Shown piece after piece: positions 8,419-18,001 of a stretch of 64,000 nucleotides of DNA (the stretch's first letter is position 1; every line of letters begins with the position of its first letter). This stretch comes from a virus. Its lineage: Duplodnaviria; Caudoviricetes. The notes below the pieces were generated by a model that had not been told where the DNA came from, did no database searches, and was given only the letters and a program-made list of their open reading frames with translations. The stretch lies in IMG/VR virus record IMGVR_UViG_3300025410_000009. The stretch is one strand, 5' to 3'. The position numbers were made by a program, and so were the translations under genes.

Positions 8419-10623
8419 TTACGCGGCTGCTACAGTACCAACAATCTTGGCATTGGCGCTAGAAATAACCACAATACCCACAATGGTATCAGCTGATGTA
8501 GATGTTGTAACTGTGGCTGCATAAGTGCCATTGTTAAATGTAATACCCGGAGTTGCAGTTTGTCCCACAATTGACAACGTGACTGTGGTAGCTATACGCT
8601 GTCCTGCATAGTTATACACATTGACTGTAATGTTACCGTTTATGTTACTACCAGTATACACAAAACTAGTGGTAGGTGCAGTAATTATCAAGGTCTCGCC
8701 GACACTGGCTGAAATAACATCAATGTAATTTGATGTCACGTTAGATGTCAAATTAGCAGTAGTATAAACTGTGTTAGCAGTCCAACCACCATTGTTGTTA
8801 ATAGTTGTTGTATCTACCACTTGTGTAGCCCAACGACCGTTGTGATCTTTAAACAATCTGCTGGCAATGTAAGGCATGGTGCTTTGATATTGATACAGCC
8901 CGGTTGTGGCATTCAGGGTCAACACAATGTCGTTACCAAATGTAGCACCAGCATATACTGTGTTCCAGTAGGTGTCCAAGGGGCAGAAATATCTAGGTGC
9001 ATAGGTTGCTAGTGATACATAGCCTAGGTAATAGGCATTGAATCCAACATCATCTAGGCTCCAGCTCCATACTCTAAACATGGCACCAGCACCAGAATCC
9101 AAGTTAAATGTATTAGCAATACTCACTAAACCGGTACCGTTGGTGTTATACACGCCCATGTGCAGGCGTTTGACACTGTTGGTGTCTACGCTGTACCACA
9201 CACGATTGACAGTTTGTCTACGGAAGCTGGCATTGTTCAATTGACTGTTAGCAGTGCCGTTGTGGCCCAGTGCAGTATAGATTGATGTAATCTGCGCTGC
9301 GGTCATTGACTGTAAAGTGTAGGCTTGAGCTGCTGCTGCACCAGTTGACGAGGTAAGAGTGTATCTACTGATGGTCATGGTATTAGCAGTATCTGCACCA
9401 CCAAATGCAATGTGGTAGAATCTATAGGCCACTGTGTCATCTTGGTCCGGCTGTGATGGAATTATTAGTCCACTAATACCTTTCTTGATGTTGTAAACCA
9501 CTGTGGTCACAGTGGTATTGGCATTATATTGACGCAAGGTCAAACGCACGTTTCCAGATGTAGTGGTGTCTACCCCTTGTACACCGCCGTTAAGAGCATT
9601 GTAGTGGAAGTACCATTTGAACGGAGGTGCATTTTGTATCAATGTTCTAACACCGTATTCAGCAGTACCGCTGGCAACGCCATAGTTAACGTAATTCCCG
9701 TAAACATTATTTGAGCAGACCCCGCTAAAACTACATGTAGAAGCAACACATAGATTGACCCGACAAGTAGTACCATAGTATAATTGATCAGCTATTGAAT
9801 TTGATTGTAATCCGGCAATGGTGCATTGAGCAGGAAAATTAACAAGAGCATAGTTACAACTACCTCCTCCCCCTTGATTACATGGGCAAACGGCATTCGG
9901 TACTGTATAATTTGTGGGTGTGTCACCGTAGGTGTATTCAGGCATGGGGAAACAATTGGCATAGCAATTGGCACAGCATCCTTGTACGAATGCCAATTGA
10001 TACATGTTTGATTGTGGCACAAAGCAAGAAAAATTCCCACCAGTGTCCTGTACTATCAAATAATTATACATGGCACAACAGTTAGTGGCGTTATTGCAAC
10101 CTGAAATTGAATAACAACTAATGCTGCCGTACGGCAATGCTTGTGTGTTAGTGTTACTGGGTGTAGGACATACCAATGTAATAATCCCATTCCATGCAGC
10201 ACAGGTTTGGCAACTACCAGGCAAAACGCAGCCGGTTAGGCAAGCAGTGCTGGTGCTGGTGTTTATTTGATAACATGCTGGGCCTTGGCAAGTTTGATTT
10301 TTAAAAGTTGTAATATTATTAACGCTTTGGTTAGTGCCATAATACAAAAAGCAGCCGGCTGCGTACTCACCACTGAATCTACTGCCCAATAAGTCAAATG
10401 TGCTACCTTGGTATGTGGGTTCAAACAAGCTGTCTACTGCCAGCGGGGCCACCGTACAGCCCAAATCAATACAGGCTGGATTATATTGGTAGTTGCCTAC
10501 CTGTTCCAAACTGTTAGAGACTGTGTAAAATGCTCCATTGATGGTGTAATTGGTGCCACGATAACCATACTGTATGGTTTTTTCTGTTGGTGGTGGTAGA
10601 TATCTTTGATAAAACTTTGCCAT
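8419..10623 (-). CDS. Cysteine-rich putative virion fibre/structural protein (734 aa)
   Basis: About 27 Cys (manual count) in roughly residues 50-305, including NCC, GCCANC and CPC. The C-terminal part is Thr-rich beta strands ending in an Ig-like segment. Confidence 0.8.
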   Translation of the reverse strand: MAKFYQRYLPPPTEKTIQYGYRGTNYTINGAFYTVSNSLEQVGNYQYNPACIDLGCTVAPLAVDSLFEPTYQGSTFDLLGSRFSGEYAAGCFLYYGTNQSVNNITTFKNQTCQGPACYQINTSTSTACLTGCVLPGSCQTCAAWNGIITLVCPTPSNTNTQALPYGSISCYSISGCNNATNCCAMYNYLIVQDTGGNFSCFVPQSNMYQLAFVQGCCANCYANCFPMPEYTYGDTPTNYTVPNAVCPCNQGGGGSCNYALVNFPAQCTIAGLQSNSIADQLYYGTTCRVNLCVASTCSFSGVCSNNVYGNYVNYGVASGTAEYGVRTLIQNAPPFKWYFHYNALNGGVQGVDTTTSGNVRLTLRQYNANTTVTTVVYNIKKGISGLIIPSQPDQDDTVAYRFYHIAFGGADTANTMTISRYTLTSSTGAAAAQAYTLQSMTAAQITSIYTALGHNGTANSQLNNASFRRQTVNRVWYSVDTNSVKRLHMGVYNTNGTGLVSIANTFNLDSGAGAMFRVWSWSLDDVGFNAYYLGYVSLATYAPRYFCPLDTYWNTVYAGATFGNDIVLTLNATTGLYQYQSTMPYIASRLFKDHNGRWATQVVDTTTINNNGGWTANTVYTTANLTSNVTSNYIDVISASVGETLIITAPTTSFVYTGSNINGNITVNVYNYAGQRIATTVTLSIVGQTATPGITFNNGTYAATVTTSTSADTIVGIVVISSANAKIVGTVAAA

Positions 10624-10625
10624 TA

Positions 10626-10853
10626 TTATACTCCGGGTGTGCTGTCAACGTTGTTGTTGTCGGTTTCAGGTGGATCAAGAAACAAATGAGACATATGAGT
10701 CAAGGCCCAATCTCTAGCTTCTTGTTCGTTTTGCCATGGCACAGGATCACCCCAGGTGGGACGCAAGGGTTGATGTAACACATCCTGCCCAATTGAAGGG
10801 TCGCGAACAATCAAAATGTTATTTTGAAATATGATCTCATGTTTAACTGCCAT
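10626..10853 (-). CDS. Small hypothetical protein (75 aa), paralog of 1723..1902
   Basis: Clear SD (GGAGAA) and a QP..P..G..W..E..A..WA motif. It sits directly upstream of the Cys-rich gene. Confidence 0.75.
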   Translation of the reverse strand: MAVKHEIIFQNNILIVRDPSIGQDVLHQPLRPTWGDPVPWQNEQEARDWALTHMSHLFLDPPETDNNNVDSTPGV

Positions 10854-10867
10854 TTAAATTCTCCAAA

Positions 10868-11884
10868 TTAGTAAGTGGTATAGGTCAAAGTCACATACAA
10901 ATCACTGGCATACAATCCATTATTGGTAACAACGATATAAATGTAATCATTGCTGGTTGTGGTGCTCCAAGGTGATGTATTGCTGGCTGGACCTGTTCCA
11001 GTAAATGATATATTTGATACAGTTACATCATTCAATAAAATATTTAGCTGAACGGGCTGTGTACCCGATGCTAGCACATAGGCTGTGGCCGAACTCACAG
11101 CAATTCTGCGGCCGGGATACCATCTTGTGGTATACGAAGTGCTGTAGCCCACTGGCAGCGTGCCCGGAGTATAAACTGTGTTGCTCAAGGATGGATTGGA
11201 TCCAATTGATGCTCCGTTGGCCAGTAGACTCAGCACGTTGCCCACGTTGCTGTTGAACACTATGTTGCCCGACAACACCGGACTGGTCATGGTTATTGTG
11301 CCTGCAGGATCAGTGGTGATCTTGGCATTGCCTATGCCAAAATTTACATTGGCTGAATTAAGACTACCGCCTACGTAGACGTTGCCCACAATGCCAGCAC
11401 CACCTGCAATTTGTAAGGCACCAGTAGTGGTACTGGTACTGGAAGTGGTATTGGTTGTAAACAACACATTGTTGGAGTTTAAGTTTCCACCTCCGGAACT
11501 GCCAGTATAACCTTGTATGCCTTGACTGCCGGTATAGCCATTGAAACCGGCTGATCCAGTGTAACCTTTACTGCCAGTGTAACCCACACTACCGGCGTAA
11601 CCAGGAGCGGTACTGGCTGAACCAGTGTAGCCCGTGGATCCAGTATAACCTATTGAACCGGTATAGCCAGGAGCAGTACTGGCTGATCCGGTGTAACCTG
11701 TTGAGCCAGTGTAGCCCACACCCTGTGATCCGGTGTAACCCACTGATCCAGTGTAACCGGTACTGCCAGCATAACCCACAACCGGAGTCACTGCTGCAAT
11801 CCAGCCCACACCGTTCCAGGTCCAGGTCATGGTACCGTAAACATACGTTTGGCCTATCGAGGTTGGGACTGGAAAGTTTATCAT
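10868..11884 (-). CDS. Short collagen-like (GYTGS) fibre protein
   Basis: N-terminal NFPVPTSIGQTY...TWTWNGVGW motif, 11 GYTGS copies, a TTGALQIAGGAGIVGN motif and a beta-sandwich C-terminus. GTAAATA at 11908-11914. Confidence 0.85.
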   Translation of the reverse strand: MINFPVPTSIGQTYVYGTMTWTWNGVGWIAAVTPVVGYAGSTGYTGSVGYTGSQGVGYTGSTGYTGSASTAPGYTGSIGYTGSTGYTGSASTAPGYAGSVGYTGSKGYTGSAGFNGYTGSQGIQGYTGSSGGGNLNSNNVLFTTNTTSSTSTTTGALQIAGGAGIVGNVYVGGSLNSANVNFGIGNAKITTDPAGTITMTSPVLSGNIVFNSNVGNVLSLLANGASIGSNPSLSNTVYTPGTLPVGYSTSYTTRWYPGRRIAVSSATAYVLASGTQPVQLNILLNDVTVSNISFTGTGPASNTSPWSTTTSNDYIYIVVTNNGLYASDLYVTLTYTTY

Positions 11885-11946
11885 GTTTAGTTAATGCTTT
11901 AGTTTGTATTTACCAGAATTTTGTTATAGTGTATGTACGGTTGAAT

Positions 11947-13035
11947 TTATTTAGATGATGTAAACGCAGGCCAATATAGTGAAGTTGAATTGATTCCAAC
12001 GCCTGCAATCGTGCCAGCAGGGCTTATGGCCGTGCTTTCTATAAAATAAGTCGTGGTGGTGACTCCGCCCATGGCAGTAATGGTTGACCAAGTGACGCCA
12101 TCCGGAGAAGTGGTATACACCGCATAGTATGGAGTAGCAACAGCGTACCAGCCCACAGCTACCCATAAACTAAGAACCGAATCCCAAATCACTGAGGTAA
12201 AAATGTATTTTGTTGCAGACAAGTTGGCCGCAGCAGTCCATGACACACCATTATTTGAACTGTATGAGAACCATGGTATGTTGGTGCCCGAAAATCCTAT
12301 CCATACCATTTGGCCAGCTGGGTTAGCGGCTAGACAGCGTGTGGTCAAATTGGTTGCAGTTGAATTTAGGGTAGTTGGAGTTGTCCATGTAGTGCCATTA
12401 TCTGAACTGTACGAGTATACTGGATAACTACTGGCATTGGTACCAACTAGACATAAGTTTGTGCCTGACCCCAGTGCAGCAGATTTTGGTGTAAAAGTGG
12501 TGGCTGTTCCCACTGTTTGAGCCGCACTCCACGTGCTTCCATTTGTAGAAGTATAATACTGTCCGGTGCTGTTACCATTCAATTGACCAAATGCATAAAA
12601 AGTGCCACTGCTATTACAAATTACAGGAACCACATAGGTTTTAACACTACTAGATATACTGGCATAAGTCCACGATGTACCATTGGTGCTGTAGTAGGCA
12701 AAAGGATAGTAGGTGCTAAGAAATCCCACAGACACCATCAACCCAGACGAATTCACTGCTAAACCGCCTATGTTGATATTAAAAGCTCCCACAGTTGTTG
12801 GAGTGGGCCAGCTGGCACCAGTAGTGCTATTTGCATACACTAGATAATTGTTGCCGTCATACCCGGTGGCCACAAATCGGTTCAAGGTCGGACTCCAGAC
12901 AACGTTGTACATGGCATACAAGCTAGTACTGCCATTCATGAGTGCTGGCGCATTAAATCCATTGAATCCGGTGGGTCTGGCACCAAACCCAAGCGCCCGC
13001 ATAGACCCAGATCCCACTGAAATTATATTTGGCAT
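11947..13035 (-). CDS. Asp-box/BNR-repeat beta-propeller protein (362 aa), putative fibre tip
   Basis: Six S-x-(D/N/T)-G-x-(T/S)-W repeats (NSTTGASW, YSTNGTSW, TSTNGSTW, SSDNGTTW, SSNNGVSW, TSPDGVTW). The start MPNIISVGSG at 13035 follows AAGGA; 13080 would overlap the upstream gene. Confidence 0.85.
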   Translation of the reverse strand: MPNIISVGSGSMRALGFGARPTGFNGFNAPALMNGSTSLYAMYNVVWSPTLNRFVATGYDGNNYLVYANSTTGASWPTPTTVGAFNINIGGLAVNSSGLMVSVGFLSTYYPFAYYSTNGTSWTYASISSSVKTYVVPVICNSSGTFYAFGQLNGNSTGQYYTSTNGSTWSAAQTVGTATTFTPKSAALGSGTNLCLVGTNASSYPVYSYSSDNGTTWTTPTTLNSTATNLTTRCLAANPAGQMVWIGFSGTNIPWFSYSSNNGVSWTAAANLSATKYIFTSVIWDSVLSLWVAVGWYAVATPYYAVYTTSPDGVTWSTITAMGGVTTTTYFIESTAISPAGTIAGVGINSTSLYWPAFTSSK

Positions 13036-13045
13036 TGCTTGATCC

Positions 13046-16000
13046 TTAAGCAAACTTGGTTTGGCTGGCAAACACCACATACGCAGCTGATCCAGTTTTG
13101 GTCACTGTGTACGAATAAATGTCAATTGAATTCGCGTTACCCGAGCTGGGTGCTGTGCCGTTTTGCCACTTGGGCGTAACAGCAGATCCGTCAACTTGGA
13201 ATGCCGAAGCATAGTAGGCAGTAGCACCCTGTGTGACCATGAACGCAAAGCTCACTGATTGGCCGGTTGCTAGAGCACTGTTCAACAAGGTACTGGAACT
13301 AAACGACAAGTTCACAGTCCAGTTGGCCGAAGCATTGGCAGTATAATACAGCACCGACTGACTGTTGATGTAGTAGTTGATGGTACCAGTTGCGGCTGTG
13401 GCTGATACTGTGGTGGTTTCAGCCATGTTGGTCATCACCGTGGCAAACGAACTGGCACTGCCGTTGAATGTCTGTGTAGATGTCCAAGTGCTGCTGATGA
13501 CCGGAACGCCATTGGCATAGTAGTAACCCGAACTGTACACACTACCAGCAAATATGTTGCCAGCAATGCCAGCACCACCCGAGACCTGTAGTGCACCTGT
13601 AGTGGTGCTGGTACTTGTAGTATTATTACTGGTAATGATCTGTAGTGCGGTTGTACCTGAGAATGAGCCAGTCGCACCTATTGATCCGGTATAACCTATT
13701 GGGCCAGTGGCACCTATTGATCCGGTATAACCAATTGATCCAGTATAACCTGTCGTGCCAGTAGTACCAACGGATCCAGTATATCCTACTGATCCATTAT
13801 AGCCCACACTACCGGTATATCCCACTGATCCAGTATAACCAGTATTCAAATAGGGAGTACCGTTGGCATAAAAATGACGATCTGAGTAAATGTTGCCGGC
13901 AAAAATGTTACCAGTAACACCCACACCGCCAGCAACTACTAGAGCACCTGTTGTTGTGCTTGTACTAGCAGTTACAGTCACGATCGACACGTTGCCAGTG
14001 GGTCCACTGATGACCATGGGCTCAGAATAAGTTTCGCCGCCAACTGGGCCAGTGAAGGTCCAGAATTGCAAGCCGCCGCCGACTGTGCCTTGCAAGGCGC
14101 CACCACCATTGCTGTTGGCAGTCATTTGTAAACCGCCACCTGATGTGGTAAAGCTACCGGTGCCCACGCTGTTCAGTGTTAGTGAAATAGCAGAGTCGCT
14201 GGCCTGTGATATAGTACCTATACTGGCTTTTGAACCAGTTATAGTTAACCCGCTTGCAAACACGTTACCAGCAAAAATGTTACCAGTAACACCCAAACCA
14301 CCCGCCACAGTCACAGCACCTGTAGTGGTACTGGTGCTAGGGGTTGCAGTTCCTCCGCCATTAAATGGAGTCGCAGCATTGTAAGTAACTGATCCCGAGT
14401 TAGTCAATGAATAATTATTAGTGCTAGAATCAGTTATATAATTGCCGGAACTAGCAACACTTAATAACAATGTAGTATTAGGAATTGCTGTTAACGGTTG
14501 GGTAGGTGGAGTAAATGACGAAGTATATACCGCAGTTCCGTTAACAAACCGGAAATTAGTCATATATCCACGAAGAGATTGATTTCCGCTGCTTCCGTCT
14601 GATCTAGCAATATATTCTGGTGCACCACTGTCGTATATACTTCCAGCGTAAGTATATGTTGTGCCCTTTTGCCCATTCAAATACATGTTGAATGAACTAC
14701 CGTTCCGTACTACTGCCACGTGGTACCATGTATTTGCAGTTAGTGCAGGTAATGTTGAATCATCATTGGGATTAATTGCCCAAGAAGAAGAACTATCTGC
14801 AACTTGTAGGGTCATTCTATTAGAAGAACTGTATACACGCCACGCTATTCCTGCATAGGTTCCTACTTCTCGTTTACCGTAAAGACCGTTTTCTACTCCC
14901 AGTGTTGTTAAGTATACCCAAGCTTCTATTGTAAAATTATTGCTACCTAATACAAATGCTGAATTATTTGCATAGGTCAAATAATTACTACCGCTAAAAC
15001 TTAAACTGCCACCAGTAGCGAAACCAGTGGGTGCGACCACGCTGACACCAGTAGTTACCACATTACCAGCAATGCCAGCACCACCTGAGACCTGTAGTGC
15101 GCCTGTTGTGGTACTTGTACTAGGTGTGGTGTTGCTTATGATAACTTGTTGTGCAGTTGTACCTGAGAATGTGCCTGCACTTCCTGTGTAACCCACGCTT
15201 CCAGTATAGCCCACGCTACCTGAATATCCCACTGATCCAGTGTACCCAGTGCTGCCAGTGTAACCCACATTGCCTGTGGTGCCCGTTGAGCCGGTATAAC
15301 CTATCGATCCGGTATAACCAGCTGATCCAGCGTAACCCACGTTGCCTGTGGTGCCCACACTACCGGTATACCCAACGCTTCCAGTGTAACCTGTGGTGCC
15401 TGTTGAGCCGGTGTATCCAACACTTCCAGTATAACCCACCGATCCATTATAGCCCTGTGATCCAGTGTAGCCAGTTGATCCGTTATATCCCGTGCTGCCG
15501 GTATAGCCGGTTGCACCTGCGCTGGCATATGATACGCCGTTGGCCCAGAACACACCTGATGTGGTAATGACACCAGCCGTGGTGGAAATATTACCCGATG
15601 CCACTATGGCGTTAGCATATTCAGTACTGGTTATGGTTTCATAGTTCTGTGTGGTGATGTTGCCAGTGACCACCAAGTTACCACCCACATACAAGTTGCC
15701 GGTAATACCTACTCCGCCTGCTACAGTCACAGCACCTGTTGTGGTACTGGTACTGACTATTGGTGCACTGGCTCCATTAAATGGTGTTGCAGCATTGTAT
15801 GCAACCGATCCCACATTGGTCAATGTTAAATTATTAACACTGGAATCGGTTATATACGCACCTGAACTGGCCACATTTAACAATAGGGCTGTGTTTGCGA
15901 TGGCAGTTAAGGGTTGTGTGCTTGGTGTGAAATTGGTGGTGTATACTGCGGTACCATTTACAATTCTTAAATTACTAATATATCCTGTAAAGAGTGTACC

Positions 16001-17599
16001 TGCCGATGAATTATTTCTGCTACCAATATAGTTAGTAACACCGGATACTGTATAATTTGTTGTATCAGTAGCACTACTGACAGCAATACCATTCTTATAT
16101 ATAGTACCAACTGAACCATTTCTTACGTAGGCAACATGGTTCCATACGTTGGTTCCAAAATCGGTAGTAGAGGCATCCACCACAAGGCTAGAAGATCCGT
16201 TATACCATTCCAATTGCCCGTTTGATGCTGTGCCTCCACCCCATACAAATGCCCATGCTGTGGTATTTGTTGCATCTCTAGCATCAAATAAATATTGTAA
16301 ATTTTGTGCAGATGTAAAATATACCCAGGCCTCAACTGTAAAATTATTTGTACCAAATTTATTGGTATTCCCGGGAGAGTAAGTTAAATACTGAGTTGTA
16401 CCATTAAAGCTCAAGCTGCCACCGGTTGAAAAACCAGCTGGTTGTACAACTGCGATACCAGTGCTGTAAACATTACCAGCAATACCCGCACCACCCGATA
16501 CAATTAGAGCACCTGTTGTAGTGCTGCTACTAGCAGTGGTGTTGCTTATGATAACTTGTTGTGCGGTATTACCTGAGAATGTGCCGGTGCTACCAGTATA
16601 TCCTGTTGAACCAGTATAACCAATTGATCCAGTATAGCCGGCGCTGCCCGAATAACCCACATTACCTGTGATGCCCGTCGATCCAGTGAAACCAATTGAT
16701 CCAGTATAGCCGGCGCTGCCAGTATAACCCACATTACCTGTGCTACCAATTGAACCAGTGTAACCAATTGATCCAGTATAGCCCTGTGATCCCGAATAAC
16801 CTACATTACCTGTGGTACCTATGGATCCAGTATAGCCAATTGATCCAGTGTATCCAGTAGTGCCTGTGCTGCCGGTATAGCCCACATTACCTGTTGTACC
16901 TATGGATCCAGTGTATCCAACAGATCCGTTATAACCTGTTGATCCCGCATAGCCCACGCTACCAGTGTATCCAATTGAACCCTGTGAGCCAGTATAGCCC
17001 ACGTTGCCTGTAGTGCCTGTGCTGCCAGTATAGCCAATTGAGCCAGTGTAGCCCACACTACCCGAATAACCTACATTACCTGTGGTGCCCGTCGAACCAG
17101 TATAACCTGCACTTCCGGTATAACCCACACTACCAGTGTAACCTGTACCTGTTGAGCCAGTATATCCAGTTGACCCCGTGCTTCCAGTATAACCAATTGA
17201 TCCAGTATAGCCGGTGGCGCCCGTGCTGCCGTTGTAGCCTGTAGTGCCTGCGCTTCCAGTATAACCTGTTGCGCCCACTGATCCAGTAAAGCCAGTTAAG
17301 CCTGTGCTGCCTGTGTAACCAGTAGCACCACCTGAGAATCCAGCTCCATTGGCGTAGAAGTAGTTGGTGCTATACACATTACCAGCAAAAACATTACCAG
17401 TAACGCCTACACCGCCAGCCACAGTGAGTGCACCTGTAGTGGTTGTGGTACTAACTGAATTACCAGTAACAGCAAGAGTGTTAGTAGAAGTTATTGGTAT
17501 AGCCACCCGAGTCCAAGCGCCGTTGGTGCTAGAATAGGTGTATGTGATGCCGTTAACTGTTGCAATTGCGCCGTTAGTTGGTGATGCGGGAAAACTCAT
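13046..17599 (-). CDS. Collagen-like (GYTGS) fibre with 2 LamG/ConA-like domains (1517 aa)
   Basis: [11 protein letters not shown]-terminus, three Gly-X-Y blocks, two LamG motifs ([23 protein letters not shown]; [23 protein letters not shown]), and a C-terminal [24 protein letters not shown] domain. Confidence 0.9.
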   Translation of the reverse strand: MSFPASPTNGAIATVNGITYTYSSTNGAWTRVAIPITSTNTLAVTGNSVSTTTTTGALTVAGGVGVTGNVFAGNVYSTNYFYANGAGFSGGATGYTGSTGLTGFTGSVGATGYTGSAGTTGYNGSTGATGYTGSIGYTGSTGSTGYTGSTGTGYTGSVGYTGSAGYTGSTGTTGNVGYSGSVGYTGSIGYTGSTGTTGNVGYTGSQGSIGYTGSVGYAGSTGYNGSVGYTGSIGTTGNVGYTGSTGTTGYTGSIGYTGSIGTTGNVGYSGSQGYTGSIGYTGSIGSTGNVGYTGSAGYTGSIGFTGSTGITGNVGYSGSAGYTGSIGYTGSTGYTGSTGTFSGNTAQQVIISNTTASSSTTTGALIVSGGAGIAGNVYSTGIAVVQPAGFSTGGSLSFNGTTQYLTYSPGNTNKFGTNNFTVEAWVYFTSAQNLQYLFDARDATNTTAWAFVWGGGTASNGQLEWYNGSSSLVVDASTTDFGTNVWNHVAYVRNGSVGTIYKNGIAVSSATDTTNYTVSGVTNYIGSRNNSSAGTLFTGYISNLRIVNGTAVYTTNFTPSTQPLTAIANTALLLNVASSGAYITDSSVNNLTLTNVGSVAYNAATPFNGASAPIVSTSTTTGAVTVAGGVGITGNLYVGGNLVVTGNITTQNYETITSTEYANAIVASGNISTTAGVITTSGVFWANGVSYASAGATGYTGSTGYNGSTGYTGSQGYNGSVGYTGSVGYTGSTGTTGYTGSVGYTGSVGTTGNVGYAGSAGYTGSIGYTGSTGTTGNVGYTGSTGYTGSVGYSGSVGYTGSVGYTGSAGTFSGTTAQQVIISNTTPSTSTTTGALQVSGGAGIAGNVVTTGVSVVAPTGFATGGSLSFSGSNYLTYANNSAFVLGSNNFTIEAWVYLTTLGVENGLYGKREVGTYAGIAWRVYSSSNRMTLQVADSSSSWAINPNDDSTLPALTANTWYHVAVVRNGSSFNMYLNGQKGTTYTYAGSIYDSGAPEYIARSDGSSGNQSLRGYMTNFRFVNGTAVYTSSFTPPTQPLTAIPNTTLLLSVASSGNYITDSSTNNYSLTNSGSVTYNAATPFNGGGTATPSTSTTTGAVTVAGGLGVTGNIFAGNVFASGLTITGSKASIGTISQASDSAISLTLNSVGTGSFTTSGGGLQMTANSNGGGALQGTVGGGLQFWTFTGPVGGETYSEPMVISGPTGNVSIVTVTASTSTTTGALVVAGGVGVTGNIFAGNIYSDRHFYANGTPYLNTGYTGSVGYTGSVGYNGSVGYTGSVGTTGTTGYTGSIGYTGSIGATGPIGYTGSIGATGSFSGTTALQIITSNNTTSTSTTTGALQVSGGAGIAGNIFAGSVYSSGYYYANGVPVISSTWTSTQTFNGSASSFATVMTNMAETTTVSATAATGTINYYINSQSVLYYTANASANWTVNLSFSSSTLLNSALATGQSVSFAFMVTQGATAYYASAFQVDGSAVTPKWQNGTAPSSGNANSIDIYSYTVTKTGSAAYVVFASQTKFA
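16580..17330 (-). repeat. Longest (GYT-GSx)n collagen-like coding repeat block
   Basis: About 250 aa of near-continuous Gly-X-Y with about 23 GYTGS copies. Synonymous variation between units shows it is a coding repeat. Confidence 0.9.
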
Positions 17600-17608
17600 G
17601 TTGTATCT

Positions 17609-18001
17609 TTATTGTGTTATTTGTACCCAAGAGGTAGTAATTTCGTTCCACATATATTTATTGCCGTCATCGGGGCAGGCCACAGGAGCAGCCCAAGTCC
17701 ATGTGGGTGCCGAAATGGTCCAGCTGGCGCACACTACTCCGTTCATGTCTAGCGGTCTTGGCGGGTAAAACACATCATTGCGAGCATCGTAAATATAACC
17801 AGCACTGGCATAGTTACCACGTAGAGCCACGCCGCCATCGGGTGTATCAGAATTAGGGGCATAATGTACACCACCGCGGGTGTTATATGATGTTTGAATC
17901 CAGGTACCCGGACTGGAATCGACAAATGTTGTAAAAAAATCAGCTTCGGCCACAATGACTTGTGTGACAATGCCGTTAAGAACTTTTGCGTAGTGACTCA
18001 T
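17609..18001 (-). CDS. Small partner of a Gly-rich-domain fibre, putative assembly chaperone; paralog of 40088..40441
   Basis: MSHYAKVLNGIVTQVIV..WIQTSYNT..RGNYASAGYIYD..PP.P..SW..W.AP...P.DG..Y.WNE. ATGA overlap with the upstream gene. Confidence 0.8.
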   Translation of the reverse strand: MSHYAKVLNGIVTQVIVAEADFFTTFVDSSPGTWIQTSYNTRGGVHYAPNSDTPDGGVALRGNYASAGYIYDARNDVFYPPRPLDMNGVVCASWTISAPTWTWAAPVACPDDGNKYMWNEITTSWVQITQ

